From Pocillopora damicornis (Eukaryota): a DNA stretch of 64,000 bases. The number at the start of each line of letters is the position of its first letter. Within the stretch, counting starts at the first letter, position 1. Below are positions 25,653 to 48,866 of this stretch, piece after piece. Made by a program: the position numbers and the translations under genes. The stretch lies in contig NW_020844212.1 in the NCBI RefSeq assembly GCF_003704095.1, forward strand, positions 1 to 64,000. Direction: 5' to 3'. The notes under the pieces were generated by a model. It saw nothing but the letters and a program-made list of their open reading frames with translations. It ran no database searches and was not told the origin of the DNA.

Positions 25653-26929
25653 AGTTGTTTTTAAGCAAGATTGAAGATGGCCGCCGAATTAAGAAAAAAA
25701 TGCACAGGTTATAAATTNNNNNNNNNNCAAATTTAAGATGTTCTCCTCAATTTTTACCTTCCTTCCCTTTTCCTTTAAGACAAAGTTTCCAAAACTGTTA
25801 ACAATTATCCTTAGACTACTGTAAGTCATTGGAGTGTAAGAATGCTATGCTACTTTCAAAGCAATGCGAACATTTAGAAAGTGCACGTACAGCAGATGAA
25901 CGATAAACGCTTACNNNNNNNNNNGGTTCCTGTAACTGTGATCTTTTATTGTAAATATGCCTGTGCTCACCACAATAAGGTTCTTCGATCATTTCGTTTT
26001 ACGCAAATATAGAAAAGCGTAANNNNNNNNNNGTGAAGACGAAATAAAGAGACAATAAATCGAACAGTGCAAGTTGTACATTTATTTACAACTCTACAAA
26101 AATGGTGCTCAGCATTCGCTCTGAAATGAGTCACTACCATGTACAGAACATTCGGTTCTCACACGTTTGGACAAAAAACAGTAACCGTGGTTATCGCGAT
26201 TCATCACAGTTTGAGATGTTTAATGGTGACTGTTACGAGTCTCATAAGAGAGTGAGAAGCGATCCCCTCTGACTTTAGTATCATAATTCATCCAGCTCAC
26301 GTCTTGGAGTATAGAAATTGAATGGTTGTAACTTAAGAGTACTTGATCNNNNNNNNNNTGCTGTCATTCTGTATTGGACAGGAAATTTAGGACTCCTATG
26401 AGTCTCATAAGAGAGCGAGAAGCGATCCCCTCTTTGAGTTCACTATCATAATTTATTCAGCTCATGTCTTGGAGTATAGAAATTGAGTATTTTATCAAAA
26501 AAGTGTTGTCGTTCTGTATNNNNNNNNNNATTGATGTAGTGAGATTTGAAAAACGTAACATCATAATGTGATAACAGAGTGATATGTTTTCGATTGCTGT
26601 TGAAAAGTCATAACTCGTGGGGGAGTTGATCTCTTCAAATGGTGTAAAACTGACATTCCCAACGNNNNNNNNNNNNNNNNNNNNNNNNNNNNNNNNNNNN
26701 NNNNNNNNNNNNNNNNNNNNNNNNNNNNNNNNNNNNNNNNNNNNNNNNNNNNNNNNNNNNNNNNAAGTATGCACCCCTGATAGCAGATTCTACGAGTACT
26801 AAGAGGCATGATTGCAAGGAAAACAAAATTTATATTTTTGAATGATTCTGGGGCACCCGACTCTCTCTCTTGGCTCCACCGGCCCTGAAGATGCCGAAGT
26901 CCTGTTTAAAAAGCACTAAGCGAACTAAC

Positions 26930-37687
<10,758 letters not shown>

Positions 37688-37974
37688 CTGTAGGGCAGTA
37701 AATTATTCCACTTATTTTAATAAATGCTAGGACTTTACAGAATAAATCCATTGATTGAAAAACACCTATAAGTGCTCCTTTACAAGGAAGCAACAAATTA
37801 AGGGATTGTAAAAGACACAAACTCTAACAGAACTGCAGGTAATGATAGTGTAATCTCTGTATCAGTCTGAGATANNNNNNNNNNNNNNNNNNNNNNNNNN
37901 NNNNNNNNNNNNNNNNNNNNNNNNNNNNNNNNNNNNNNNNNNNNNNNNNNNNNNNNNNNNNNNNNNNNNNNNNN

Positions 37975-39635
37975 GAAGATCAGAGTGGCCACTCACACTC
38001 CGTGAAAGTGGACAAAGAAAAGAACTTAAAGGCGGTCATAGAAGAAATTACCTTGTGTTGTAACCTGCAGGAAAACGAAGAGGCTACGTTTACTTTCAAT
38101 GGAAAGCACCTCTGCCCTTCTAAAGACAAAGGAACCTTATCAAGCCTTGGTATTTGCTCTGGATCGAAGCTTGAGTTGACAGTGAGGATTCTTTACATCG
38201 AAGTCAAAGTTTTCTTCTCCGATAACTCTTCATCAGCCAGTGTGAAGTGTGATCCCCAAGAAACATTCCGGGATTTGGTTACAAAGGTCTTAAAACGGCG
38301 CAACAGAAGAAAGTGCAGGGTTACATTTGTAATAGATGGACGAGAGTTTGATCCGAATCAAGACAAGGGTCCGTTACAAGGTATATTTTATTCCTCAAAG
38401 TTAATCTATCACTAATAATAACAGTGTTACTAAATGGCTGCGGCGTAGGGTGAAAGAAAGATACTATTTCGGCAACTTCACCCTATATGATAGTGTAACA
38501 AGCAAGATAATATATTCGGTTAACTTTCTCTGATCTAGATTACGGAGTTGCGCATGGCTGTACGCTTCGGGTGACGAGTCATCCCACTTCGGTCGGTGCT
38601 AGGCATAGGATCATACTCGACGGGTAAGTGTATAAAATATGGCTGACTGAGTGCATAGAAATGCAAATATCCTGATACTTCGTAAACTTTTTAGCCGCCA
38701 TAGACAAGAACAAAGACGTACATTTAGAACGCGAGGTGACTTTATTTTGCGAGGACTCAGATTCCTTTTAGCATCTAATTTACAATTGGCGTTCATTGAC
38801 CTCGACGTGGTCGAACTGGCTTCTTTAATCCCTAAGTAATTTGTTAAGGTGGTGAGAAAGAGGACAAATGACGATTTAGACTACAAAAGGTTTTCATTCA
38901 AAAACCACTGAGAAAAGCGGACCTACTAAAATCTCAGCGTTGTAAAGCTAAAACAGGCAATTTGTTAAACTATAAACCTTGATTAGGTTTAGAGCGCGTG
39001 CGTGAATTTCTGTCCGAGATAACTTTAATAAGCTTGGATACAACGTAGTAATATTTGCCTTGTCTATTTCTCTTTCAAATAGGCCTCAGGTGTTAGGAGC
39101 TCCAGGTAAGCAAAGCACCAATGGGAATGGGTGGAGAAGGTGTAAAAAATCAGGAAATGAACACTTATGCTGCAATCCCTATTCAATTGCTATCCGTCAA
39201 GCAAATCTTAAGAATTAGCATTTGGAGACGTCTTTTTCAGGGTACAGAATTTTAGTGATGAATAGTAGGGGGAGGGGAGTGTAGAGTACGTAAGGATTTG
39301 GAAAACAATGACGAGTCTTGGTTTTGCGAGATTCGTCCTAATTTCAAACATAAACTTTTTGTCGCTGGGTTTTGCCGACCACCTAACTCCACAATAGACA
39401 CTTAAAAGGCAACCACGAAGTCCCTTCAACTCGTCAGCAAAGCAACCTTCGACCAGCTTTTGGCCTGTTGGGACGTTAGTCTCCCTACCATCAACTGGAA
39501 AACCTGTACTTTCATCAACAATGACTCCATCTGCAGCTATTTTACAAAACTAGTGCGAGACAATTACTTGGGGCAACTGGTTGATTCCCGTACACGGAAT
39601 ACCATCATGTTGGATCTGGCCCTCACTAATGCCCC

Positions 39636-39666
<31 letters not shown>

Positions 39667-42600
39667 TTGTTTTGTTAAACACAGTTTAATTTTTTTTTCT
39701 TCATAGAAACTATTTAACCGAATATTTTTGACTTGAATGTAGCACATTGGAAATGCAAGTTAGCAAGTACTTGAATCCAATGGAAAATCAAGTTTTTCAG
39801 TTCTCTGTTTATAATTTTCATTCAATGAAAACCAGTTTAACAAAACATGTTTTGCTGGTGTGAATGGGGTATAAGACAATACCGCTCGCGTATAGCTCTA
39901 AAGAACTAATTTTTAGCAAATTTCAAGTAAATCTCTATTACTCGTGTATTTTACAGGAAAAGGACAATTCTTGGCTCACTGTGGAAATGGTGAGAAATTA
40001 TCCTTTTCTTAAGTGAAGTTTTTTGCTACAAATATTTCGTAACTTGCATGACGAAGCATTTTTTCTATTTTCACTTTTTGTTTTAATTTGCCATTATGAA
40101 GAGGATACTTTGGGGGAGTTTTTTTTATCTTAAAAGATCAGGGGGTAGGGGGCAGGGGGTAGCTGTCAACTGGGACTTTGTTCTGTTACTGCCCCCGTCA
40201 CGAAATCCTTTTTTGTTCACCTCGCCTTTTATACAAAACTAACAAGTTCTAGTCGCTTATTTTAATGGTGTCGTGTTGCAGTTTGGTTGCCTGTTACGAC
40301 TACGTCTTGTTCTGACTCATATGCAAATTTTTTAGGCGTAACCGGAGTAGCCTCTTGTTTTATTATTTGTCAAATCATCGATCGATGTTCTCCAAATTGC
40401 TCGAAAAAGGAAAGGGAAAAATGAAATGCAAGATGCATGTAGTTCAAGTATGTTTAAGACTCGCCGGCGCGTATAATTAGGTATGGGGAGCCGTTTGTCC
40501 CAAATATTAATCACTCAACCGTCCATTTTAAGATACACGCATTTGAGTTCTAAATAACTTATCTCGAGTAAATTTCTCTTTTAGTATCTATGGTAGCAGG
40601 GTCACACTCTGGAGATGGTGAGTAATTTTCCTTTCCTATAAGTTTAATTTTTTTGCTATTGATAAGATACATGAAAAAATTACTCAGTTCTGATTGGTTA
40701 AGATAAATTTAGTTTTCAGGTAATTCAGTGCAGAAGAGGGTTAATTCAGTGCTCAGACACTTTTTTTAATTTGCCATTATGAGGAGGATCATGTGGGGGA
40801 GTTAAAGATCGGGAGGGGGGGCAGGGGGCAGCTGTTAATTGGGCTTTGTCTTATTACTGCCCCCTGTCACGAACTTATTTTTTATGGATCTGTAAATTTC
40901 GTAACGAATAAATTAAATTAGACGAATGCTAAAGTTTTTCATACATCAAACTCTGGTTACAAGGAGAAGTTTATTCATTAAACTGCCTGATCAGCTTTCC
41001 CTTTTCTCATTTTTTTTAACATTGAGAGCTCTCGTTTTGGTTATGTAAACGGTCCATTTATACTAGATAATTACGCCAGTTCTTTGAGTGCTCACTTCAC
41101 TTTTACACTGCACCACAGCCTCTTACATGTTTAAGTAGGATAAACTGAAAAAATAACTTTCCAACTTGTTAAGTCAACCGTCAATTTAAAGAGACACGCA
41201 ACTAAGCTCTAAAGAACTAATTTCTAGCAAATTTCAAGTACATCTCTATTACTCGTGTATTTTACAGAAAAAAGACAATTCTGGGGTCACTGTAGAAAAG
41301 GTGAGCAATTACCCTTAAGTGAAGTTTTTTGCTACAAATATTTCGTAACTTGCATGAAGAAGCATTTTTCTATTTTCACTTTTTGTTTTGATTTGCCATT
41401 ATGAGGAGGATAGTTTGAGGGAGTTTTTTTTATCTTAAAAGATCAGGGGGTAGGGGGCAGGGGGTAGCTGTCAACTGGGACTTTGTTCTGTTACTGCCCC
41501 CGTCACGAAATTCTTTTTTATTCACCTCGCCTTTTATACAAAACTAACAAGTTCTAGTCGCTTATTTTAATGGTGTTGCAGTTTGGTTGCCTGTTACGAC
41601 TACGTCTTGTTCTGACTCATATGCAAATTTTTTAGGCGTAACCGGAGTAGCCTCTTGTTTTATTATTTGTCAAATCATCGATCGATGTTCACCAAATTGC
41701 TCGAAAAAGGAAATACAATGTCTAAGACTTGCCAGCGCGTATAATTAGGTATGGGGAGCATTTGTGCCAAAGATATCAATCATTAGTGATAAAACTCAAT
41801 CGTTAGTGCTAAAACATCAATCGTAGCGATAAAACTCAATCATTAGTGCTAGTATTGATTTGTTATCGATTTTACTTTGAGCTAGTCTCTCGCTTGTTAA
41901 GCAAAGGTGAACCAATCAAATCCTGCTCACTTTCATGAAATCTGATAAGGGACACTGAAATGAGAATAAAGGTAAAGACTACGAAGACTCATCAACTCTT
42001 TTTTTTCACGACTTCAACCTTTTTAAAAATTGAATTAAGTTGGAGTGCCAAAGTTTTCCATACGTCAAACTCTGATTTCAAGGAAAGTTTTGTTCATGAA
42101 ATTACTCGATCAGCTTTCATTTATCTCATTTTTCTTTTAACATTGAAAGCTCTCTCTTTTGTTAGGTAAACGGTTCACTATAGAGAATTACACTAGTTCC
42201 CTGAGTGCTCACTTCCTTTTTGCACCGCACCACAGTCTCTAACATGTTTAGATAGAATAATCTCACAAAAAATAGCTTGCTTGCTTGTCAAGTCAACCAC
42301 CCATTTTAGGAGACTCGTAGTTGAGCTCTAAAGAACTAATTTCCAGTAAATTTCAAGTACCTCTGTATTACTCTTGTAATTTATAGATGATGAGCTAACC
42401 TTTGGTACTTTGAGATGGAGAGAGTAACTTCCTTTTTTTTTAACTTAAGTCTTTTACTACAAATATTTCGTAGCTTGCATGACGATACAATTCATCTAGT
42501 TTAAGAGACTCGTCAAACTCTTGCCAAAAACAGCTAAAATTAAGGGTTTCTCGAGCAATTTTTGTTTTGATTTGCCATTATCAGGAGGATAATAATAATT

Positions 42601-45600
42601 TGTTATCTTAAAAGATTTGGGGGGCAGGGGGGCAGGGGGTAACTGTCAATTGGGACTGTCCTGTTACTGCCCCCCGTCACGAACTTTTTTTTTTTGTATC
42701 TGTACATTTTTGTAACGAATAAATTAAATTAGGGTATCAAAGTGTTATACACCTTAGTTTCCGTGCAACTGGTGAGTAATTTTCCCTTTTTCTGTTTTAA
42801 GTTTTGTGCTATAAATATTTGGTAGCTTGCATTACTCGGTGTTTTGTCTAATTTAAGAGACCCGTCATACTCCTCCTAAAGAAAGCTAAAATCAGGAGTG
42901 TTTCTCTTTTTACTTTGATTTGCCATGATGAGGAAGATCATGATGTAAGGGAGTTTAAGATCGGGGGGGGGGGGCCAGGGGCAGAGGCAGCTGTCAATTG
43001 TGACTTTGTCCTATTACTGCCCCCTGTCACGAACTTCTTTTTTATGTATCTGTACATTTTGTAACGAATAAATTAAATTCAATCAGGGTACCCAAAATTT
43101 CAATCCGTTGGTTCCTCTGCAAGCGGTGAGTAATTTTCCTCTTTTCTAGTTTAAGTTTTTCGCTAAAAATATAAATATTTCGTAGATGTACATTTTTGTA
43201 ACGAATAAATTAAATTCAAGTGGAGCGCCAAAGTTTTCCATACGTCAAATTTTGATTTTAAGGAAAATTTCATTCATGAAACTACTCGATCTCATTTTTT
43301 TTAACATTGAGAGCTATCGCTTATGTTACGTTAACGGTTCATTAAAAGAGAATTACACTAGTTCCCTGAGTGCTCACTTTACTTTCACGCCGCACCACAG
43401 CCTCTTACATGTTTAAGTGGCATAATCTAAAAAACTAGCTTGCTTACTGTCGATTGGGACTTTGCCCTATTACTGCCCCTAGTCACATACTGCTTTTTTT
43501 ATGTATCTGTATATTTTTGTTACGAATAATTAAATTAAATTAGAGGAATGCTTAAGTTTTCCATGCATCAAATTCTACTTACAAGGAAGATTTTGACTGT
43601 AAATATATGAAAATCATATATGTGCACTGGGGTTGAAGAAACGAAAATAGAAGCAATCCTCGCAGATATGAATATACTACTGAACTAGTAGTGAAATTCA
43701 TTAAACTACTCGATCAGCTTTTCTTCTTCTCATTTTTTTTTTTTAACAATGAGAGCTCTCGCCTTTGTTACGTAGACGGTTATTAATAGAGAATTATACT
43801 AGTTCCCCGAGTGCTCACTTCACTTTTACACCGCACCACAGCCTCTTACATGTTTAAGTAGGATAATCTTAAAAAGTAATTTCTAATGAATTTTAAGTAC
43901 CTCTCTATTACTCTTGTAATTTACAGAAGAGGATCTATCCTGTGGTTTCTCTGGAATTTGTGAGTAATTTTCTTGCTTGCATTGCAAAGCAATTTGTCTA
44001 GTTTTAGAGACTCGTCAGGCCCCTTCCCAAAAAGCAGGGGCTGAAAAAGCTAAAATGAAGGGTGTTCCTCAGAACCTTTTTTTTCGTATTTGTCATTGTG
44101 ATGAGGATCATGTGGAGGAGCTTTGGATCAGCCATTCTCGATCAGATACATACAGTATATGAATTTGATTTCTGTTTGACTTGAAGAATTTAGGCAGGGA
44201 TGCGAGATTCTAGGTGCATATGATTCGTATCTCAAAGATACGTTTCGTTTCTCGATGTTTCTTTCTCTGATACATATGGGATACTTTAGCTTTCGAATGC
44301 CAGATAATCGCTTGATAATCAGATAACTTCCATCAAGTATTTCAACTTTTCAATTTCCCCTCTCATTCTCTAACGTCATACGGTACAATTAACCAAAACC
44401 TCTTTACTTACTGAACTTCCCTGTGCAAAAAGGAAGAACATTATTTCCTGTCACCGAAATGTGTCCCTTATAGAAGCAGACAAATCAAAATAAACAGATC
44501 TCCCCTTTTCTATTTCACTGCTATGTCTACAGAAAGAATTCATTTATGACTGAGAAATAAGGCCTCAGAGGAAGAGGAGGAATGAGAGAGTCGGACGCGA
44601 TTACTACGCGTACCATCCCATGTTGGAAACTTTTCAATTTAAAATATGCGTGAATAAGTCATTCTTCAGTTTACTGAATTTAAGTAGACTGTTTCTCTCG
44701 ATTATTTTGCATTCGAATTTCCCACCTCGATGATACTGTGTGCGATATTTCCCGGCTATGATTCTGAATTATATCATCTTGCTAATGCATCGATCAATTC
44801 CAAGCTTCAAAATCTCCCTTCAGGGAACCCAATTGGCCCACCCACGGACCAGATTTAACGGTCAATTTTTATGCAAAAGACAAAATCAGGGTCGTGACTT
44901 TCTACTCATTGACCAAGCTTTAAAACTTGTAAACCTTGTAGACCTTTTCTTCTGAGCTGTTCGTCAGTGAAAGTGAACTTTACCTATTAAAAGATAAAAC
45001 GCGTGTATTCCTTTGGAAAGACTTGACACTTCCTTCTCCACCCTAGCTGGGAAAGGTTCAAATACCCCAACCCCTGGGCAAAGAAAACAGTCAAATACCC
45101 GTGGGTTTTTCCTGGTAAAGTGGTTGAAATTTAGAGTTGGTCGGCACATAACCAAGTGTAAGGCCGTACTTGGGATTATTGGCCCGGGGTCTTCGGTGTG
45201 GGTTGGCAGTATGGACTGAGCGCAGGGAGGTCTGTATTTTAACAACCGAAGGCCAATATTTCCCTTACGTCAAGAGCAAGCGAGGTTAGTAGGCAGTTTA
45301 TCTCATGGCACTCAGACCAAGCTTGTTTATTTTATTTTTACTAGCTTTCAAAAAACGCACAGCTTATGACCGTTTCTGTGGTGGAAACGGACCTCAGGGC
45401 AAAATCCCAATCAAATAAGAAAACTAGTCTGAACGCTTAGATCTACCCCAGGACTACCTTGCCATATAAATGCAATAATAATACAATCGTAAATATGTCC
45501 TAGAATATTTGTATATCTGCCGTCAATGCCCTTTTCCTATTACATGTAAAGTTCACGGTTGTGCCAATGTCGTTGAACCGGATCCAGCATGGAGATCAGG

Positions 45601-46127
45601 TGGAACAACATTACAAGGCCACAGTACACAACAGTTTACCAAGGCTGAACCAATAAGAGTGGATCATTCACGGAGGGTGGAACTGGTAATCAGGCTTGTA
45701 GCCAGGTAATACACCACTTAGCACATTAAAAAAGGGACGGGTCAGTTATTTGTTTTGGAATAGTTAGTCCTTCGTACCTGGCTCGACGATTAGCCGTTGT
45801 TATGGAAATGAGCCGTGTATTATCTCCTAGGTACGACTTGAGAGAGTAGCGGTATTCGACCTAAATGTCTCTCGTTATTACAAGGATGTTTAAACAAGAG
45901 CTTTTCTAAAGTAACCCCGAGCTGTCACGAGCTAGGTACAAAATTGTTTAGGGAAAATTTTAACACAGTCATTTACGACCAAGGAAAACCGGTTTCTCCA
46001 ACACCGAGGGCGAGTTGTAGATGTTAGTTCTTTGTTGTTAATATTCTTGTATGTCTCTCTACTTTTTAGAGATGGAGAAAAAGATCTAGAATTTCCCAAA
46101 GGTGAATGTAAACCGCTGTCAACTCTG
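37975..46127 (+). CDS. 3' part of a DED/multi-UBL gene: UBL3, UBL4, microexon array, C-half of the beta domain
   Basis: Exons gap-37975-38380 (UBL3 and UBL4), 38539-38623 (DYGVAHGCTLRV), 39083-39105, microexons 39957-39989, 40585-40617, 41268-41300, 42733-42771, 43087-43125 and 43927-43959, then 45552-45705 (WRSGGTTLQGHSTQQF..VELVIRLVAR) and 46070-gap (DGEKDLEFPKGECKPLSTL). Phases chain consistently with no stops. Confidence 0.8.
39170..39629 (+). mobile_element. Degenerate LINE (CR1/L2-like) AP-endonuclease fragment
   Basis: Frameshifted RGGGV, RPPNS, WDVSLPTINW (GDFNLP.INW-like), QLVDSRTR and LDLALTNAP motifs. Confidence 0.65.
39630..39871. mobile_element. PIF/Harbinger-type MITE
   Basis: TIRs TGCCCCATTCACACCA / TGGTGTGAATGGGGTA with TAA on both sides. 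Confidence 0.7.
39885..44120 (+). repeat. Tandemly duplicated intron-microexon-intron modules
   Basis: ~39895-40420 is nearly identical to ~41205-41720. Shared blocks recur 3-7 times: gctctaaagaactaattt..ctctattactcgtgtattttacag, gtgagtaatttt, tttgccattatgaggaggat, the G-rich/C-rich hairpin and gagtgctcactt..gcaccacagcctcttacatgttta. Confidence 0.9.
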
Positions 46128-46595
46128 ANNNNNNNNNNNNNNNNNNNNNNNNNNNNNNNNNNNNNNNNNNNNNNNNNNNNNNNNNNNNNNNNNNNNNNNN
46201 NNNNNNNNNNNNNNNNNNNNNNNNNNNNAATTTTCACAAAGGCCAAAGTTTGATACATTTTGACATGACCTAGGACCCAGGAACACTGGGTATATCAGCT
46301 ACAGGTTCAGTGGTAAAATTCCAGGGAGAATATGGTGTGTATTGAGAATAGCATTTAATTCAAAACCATATTTCCAGAAGTCTCCACCAACAGTTACACT
46401 ATATCATTGCAAATATTGCGCGAAACAAACACATGTGCATTGTACCCAAGATGTACTTATCATATATTTAAATAATATAATGAGTTGCATTATACTTGCA
46501 TTTAGGTTTTGTTATTATCTAAGACCTATTAGCAGACAGATGCTTTCATGTTGTCACCATTAACAACATTTTGCTTTGTTTTCACTTAAGAGATA

Positions 46596-46745
46596 AAGAT
46601 TCTATGTCATTGTGGTGCCACTCAGTAACAGATCACAGAAGACCCCATGGCTTCCCCTTGTGTGCCACTTTTTTTGTTCTTACCACAATTTGACATCCTC
46701 TGTGATCTATTACTGAACAGATGCATGGCAACATTGAATCTCTTT
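46596..46745. mobile_element. Hairpin MITE-like repeat in RPL14 intron
   Basis: aagattctatgtc..cagtaacagatcacagaaga pairs with tcctctgtgatctattactg..acattgaatct. Confidence 0.5.
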
Positions 46746-46889
46746 GTTAATCCGCAAACAGACACTGTACTCTTCTGATTGGGTGTGGTGCTTAATTGTA
46801 CCTTTGCTTATTTCTTCAATTTAAGGTGGGATTTTATTTTAAAGAAAAGAAAGCAAGGAATATCATTTAATACTTTGATTGTGGCTTAC

Positions 46890-48843
46890 CCTCTGCTTGG
46901 CCAATTTGAGCTTAAAGCGATCGAAGTCAGTGAGAGTTGCTCGCTTCTTCTTTGTGGCCAGTTTCTTGGCCCAGGCTGTCTTTTCCCACTTTTCAAGGAT
47001 CTCTCCCTTCTCAAAGGCATTCTTCACTGGTCCACTCTTAGCAGAGGGTCCAACTTTGACCTTGAAGTCAGTGAGGGAGAGGTGCTTGAAGTTAAGGGCT
47101 TGGCGGCACACATTGGTACAGGGCCCATCAATCAGAGCCTGTTGAAAAAGATTTAAGTAAAAATTCTGCTGATTAAATTTTATTTTCCAAGGCCAACGCA
47201 ATTTTACTTAATGTAGTATTGATAAGGAAAAAAACCTCTCTTGCTTTCTCAAGTCTTGCAGTAATTTTTTGCAAGTCAATTACAGATATTAGTAAAAATT
47301 TGTATTACGATACATAAGAAGTGGATAGCTTACATATAAATTGCTTTCCGCTCCAAAGATCTAATTCCCTTTACTGACTTCCATACAATTCCTAATATGT
47401 TAGTTTGGAGAATTTGGTATTGGGTCAACTAATAATCCCCTAATTTTCTTTATTCACATTACTTGTCTACTTGATATCGCATTGATATTGTAAGGAGAAG
47501 TTCTCTCTTGGTCAATCATGGGAGTTCAAGAGCACTATCACCCTTAACTCCCACGATCTGATTGTCAGTTCTTCCCTCTAGCTGCTATACATTTCCTTGT
47601 ACATCGGTTATGAGAATTTGCTTTTCAATCAAGGTAATATCTTGTAGCTGATGAGTTTAAGTATTCTTGTTACCTGTTTGCTGAATAATGTATGGATATT
47701 ATAGGGGAAAGTAACATGTTAATCAGTTCTGGAAGTTAAAGTGTTAAGTCCCCATTTGTGTGTACATGAACATCTGTCACTGCAGGTGAGTTTTCCCTTT
47801 TTAACTTTATGAGTTGAGTTCCCCCCTAACAAGTGATATTCAGTGGGAGATCTGTTTGTAACTTGTCTTATACTATCAATCACTGAAGAGGACACAGATG
47901 AGGAGAGTAAATAGAATGAAAACAACTAGGGGCTGTTATTTTGGTGTAACACATTATAAGATTTAAAATAATAACTGAGTTTTTCTAAAGATTTTGCTGA
48001 AAAACACAAAAAAGAAACAACTGACACTGAAATAAAAGGAGTGACAAAATAATTAAGATAATAAATTACAAGGAGACAATTTGACAAATCAGATGACTTT
48101 GTACAATTGCTTGGCAACCAGGTACATAGTATACCAAGACGGCTGCCTTGATGGAAACTAATTCAAAACATAATACAAGGCTTTCAAGGAAAGAAAAACA
48201 AAATTAACAAAATAAATTTCACTTCAGTGTGCCAAGAAAAGAATGCAACAGCCAAGAGCACGAAGAAGGTACAGCTGACTGCATAAAACATTGAGATCAT
48301 TGTTATTGTATAAAAATAAGCTTGTTATAAACCATCCTACCCAGACGAAGGGTACTCGCTTAGATTCAAGACACAGAAATCAACTGAATCGAACCATTAG
48401 TCAAGCAAAGTACATATAAAAGAAAAAAACATGCTGATTTCTTTAGGAATGAGCGAAACTCATGATCAATTTTGAAATCGACCTCTCCAAATACACAAAC
48501 GGAATCAAACCCCACTTGCAACTTCCTAAATGATGTTTGATTAGTCTATAATATTGATAAAAGCATTTCTAACAAATTATTGACATGATATTAACTTCAG
48601 ATCGTTCATATAAAATGGAGATATAATCTGTAACAACACTTACTCGATTCTGATCCACCACATCAACTATGACACAAAGTTTTCCTTCATCGGGCCCAGA
48701 GTTAATAAGGGCTACACGGCCAATCTCCACCAAACGCTTGTACACCTGAAGGATTTTTTCACAAAAAATGAGCACAATGCGACACTCCAAAGTTTACTTA
48801 TTTTGACGAATACTTCTAAGTGTATCACACGTGGACTTACCAT
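46890..48843 (-). CDS. RPL14: 60S ribosomal protein L14, last exon lost in gap
   Basis: ATG-only exon 48843-48841 (AAGATG|GTAAGT), 48745-48644 [34 protein letters not shown] and 47138-46890 [21 protein letters not shown]. Confidence 0.95.
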
Positions 48844-48857
48844 CTTGGAATATCCGC

Positions 48858-48866
48858 GAGAAAGGA
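48858..48866 (-). promoter_or_regulatory. TCT/5'-TOP pyrimidine initiator of RPL14
   Basis: TCCTTTCTC about 15 nt upstream of the ATG, as is typical of ribosomal protein genes. Confidence 0.55.

Noticed and set aside
26237-26487. Short direct duplication between the Kelch gene and DHX38
   Set aside because: Ordinary local duplication beside small gaps, with no functional signal.
39885-44120. CRISPR-like repeat-spacer array
   Set aside because: Units are hundreds of bp and irregular, and the variable parts are AG/GT-bounded exons in a eukaryotic gene. No cas genes.
44533-44590. Further exon after the acceptor-like tctacag
   Set aside because: Stops in all three frames and no good donor.
45504-45551. 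Upstream acceptor for the C-half exon
   Set aside because: Weak pyrimidine tract, and joining to microexon 43959 would create TAA. 45552 is preferred, though use of 45504 is not excluded.
46250-47900. Intronic snoRNAs in RPL14
   Set aside because: Hairpins are present but no convincing C/D or H/ACA box set could be read; needs snoscan/Infernal.
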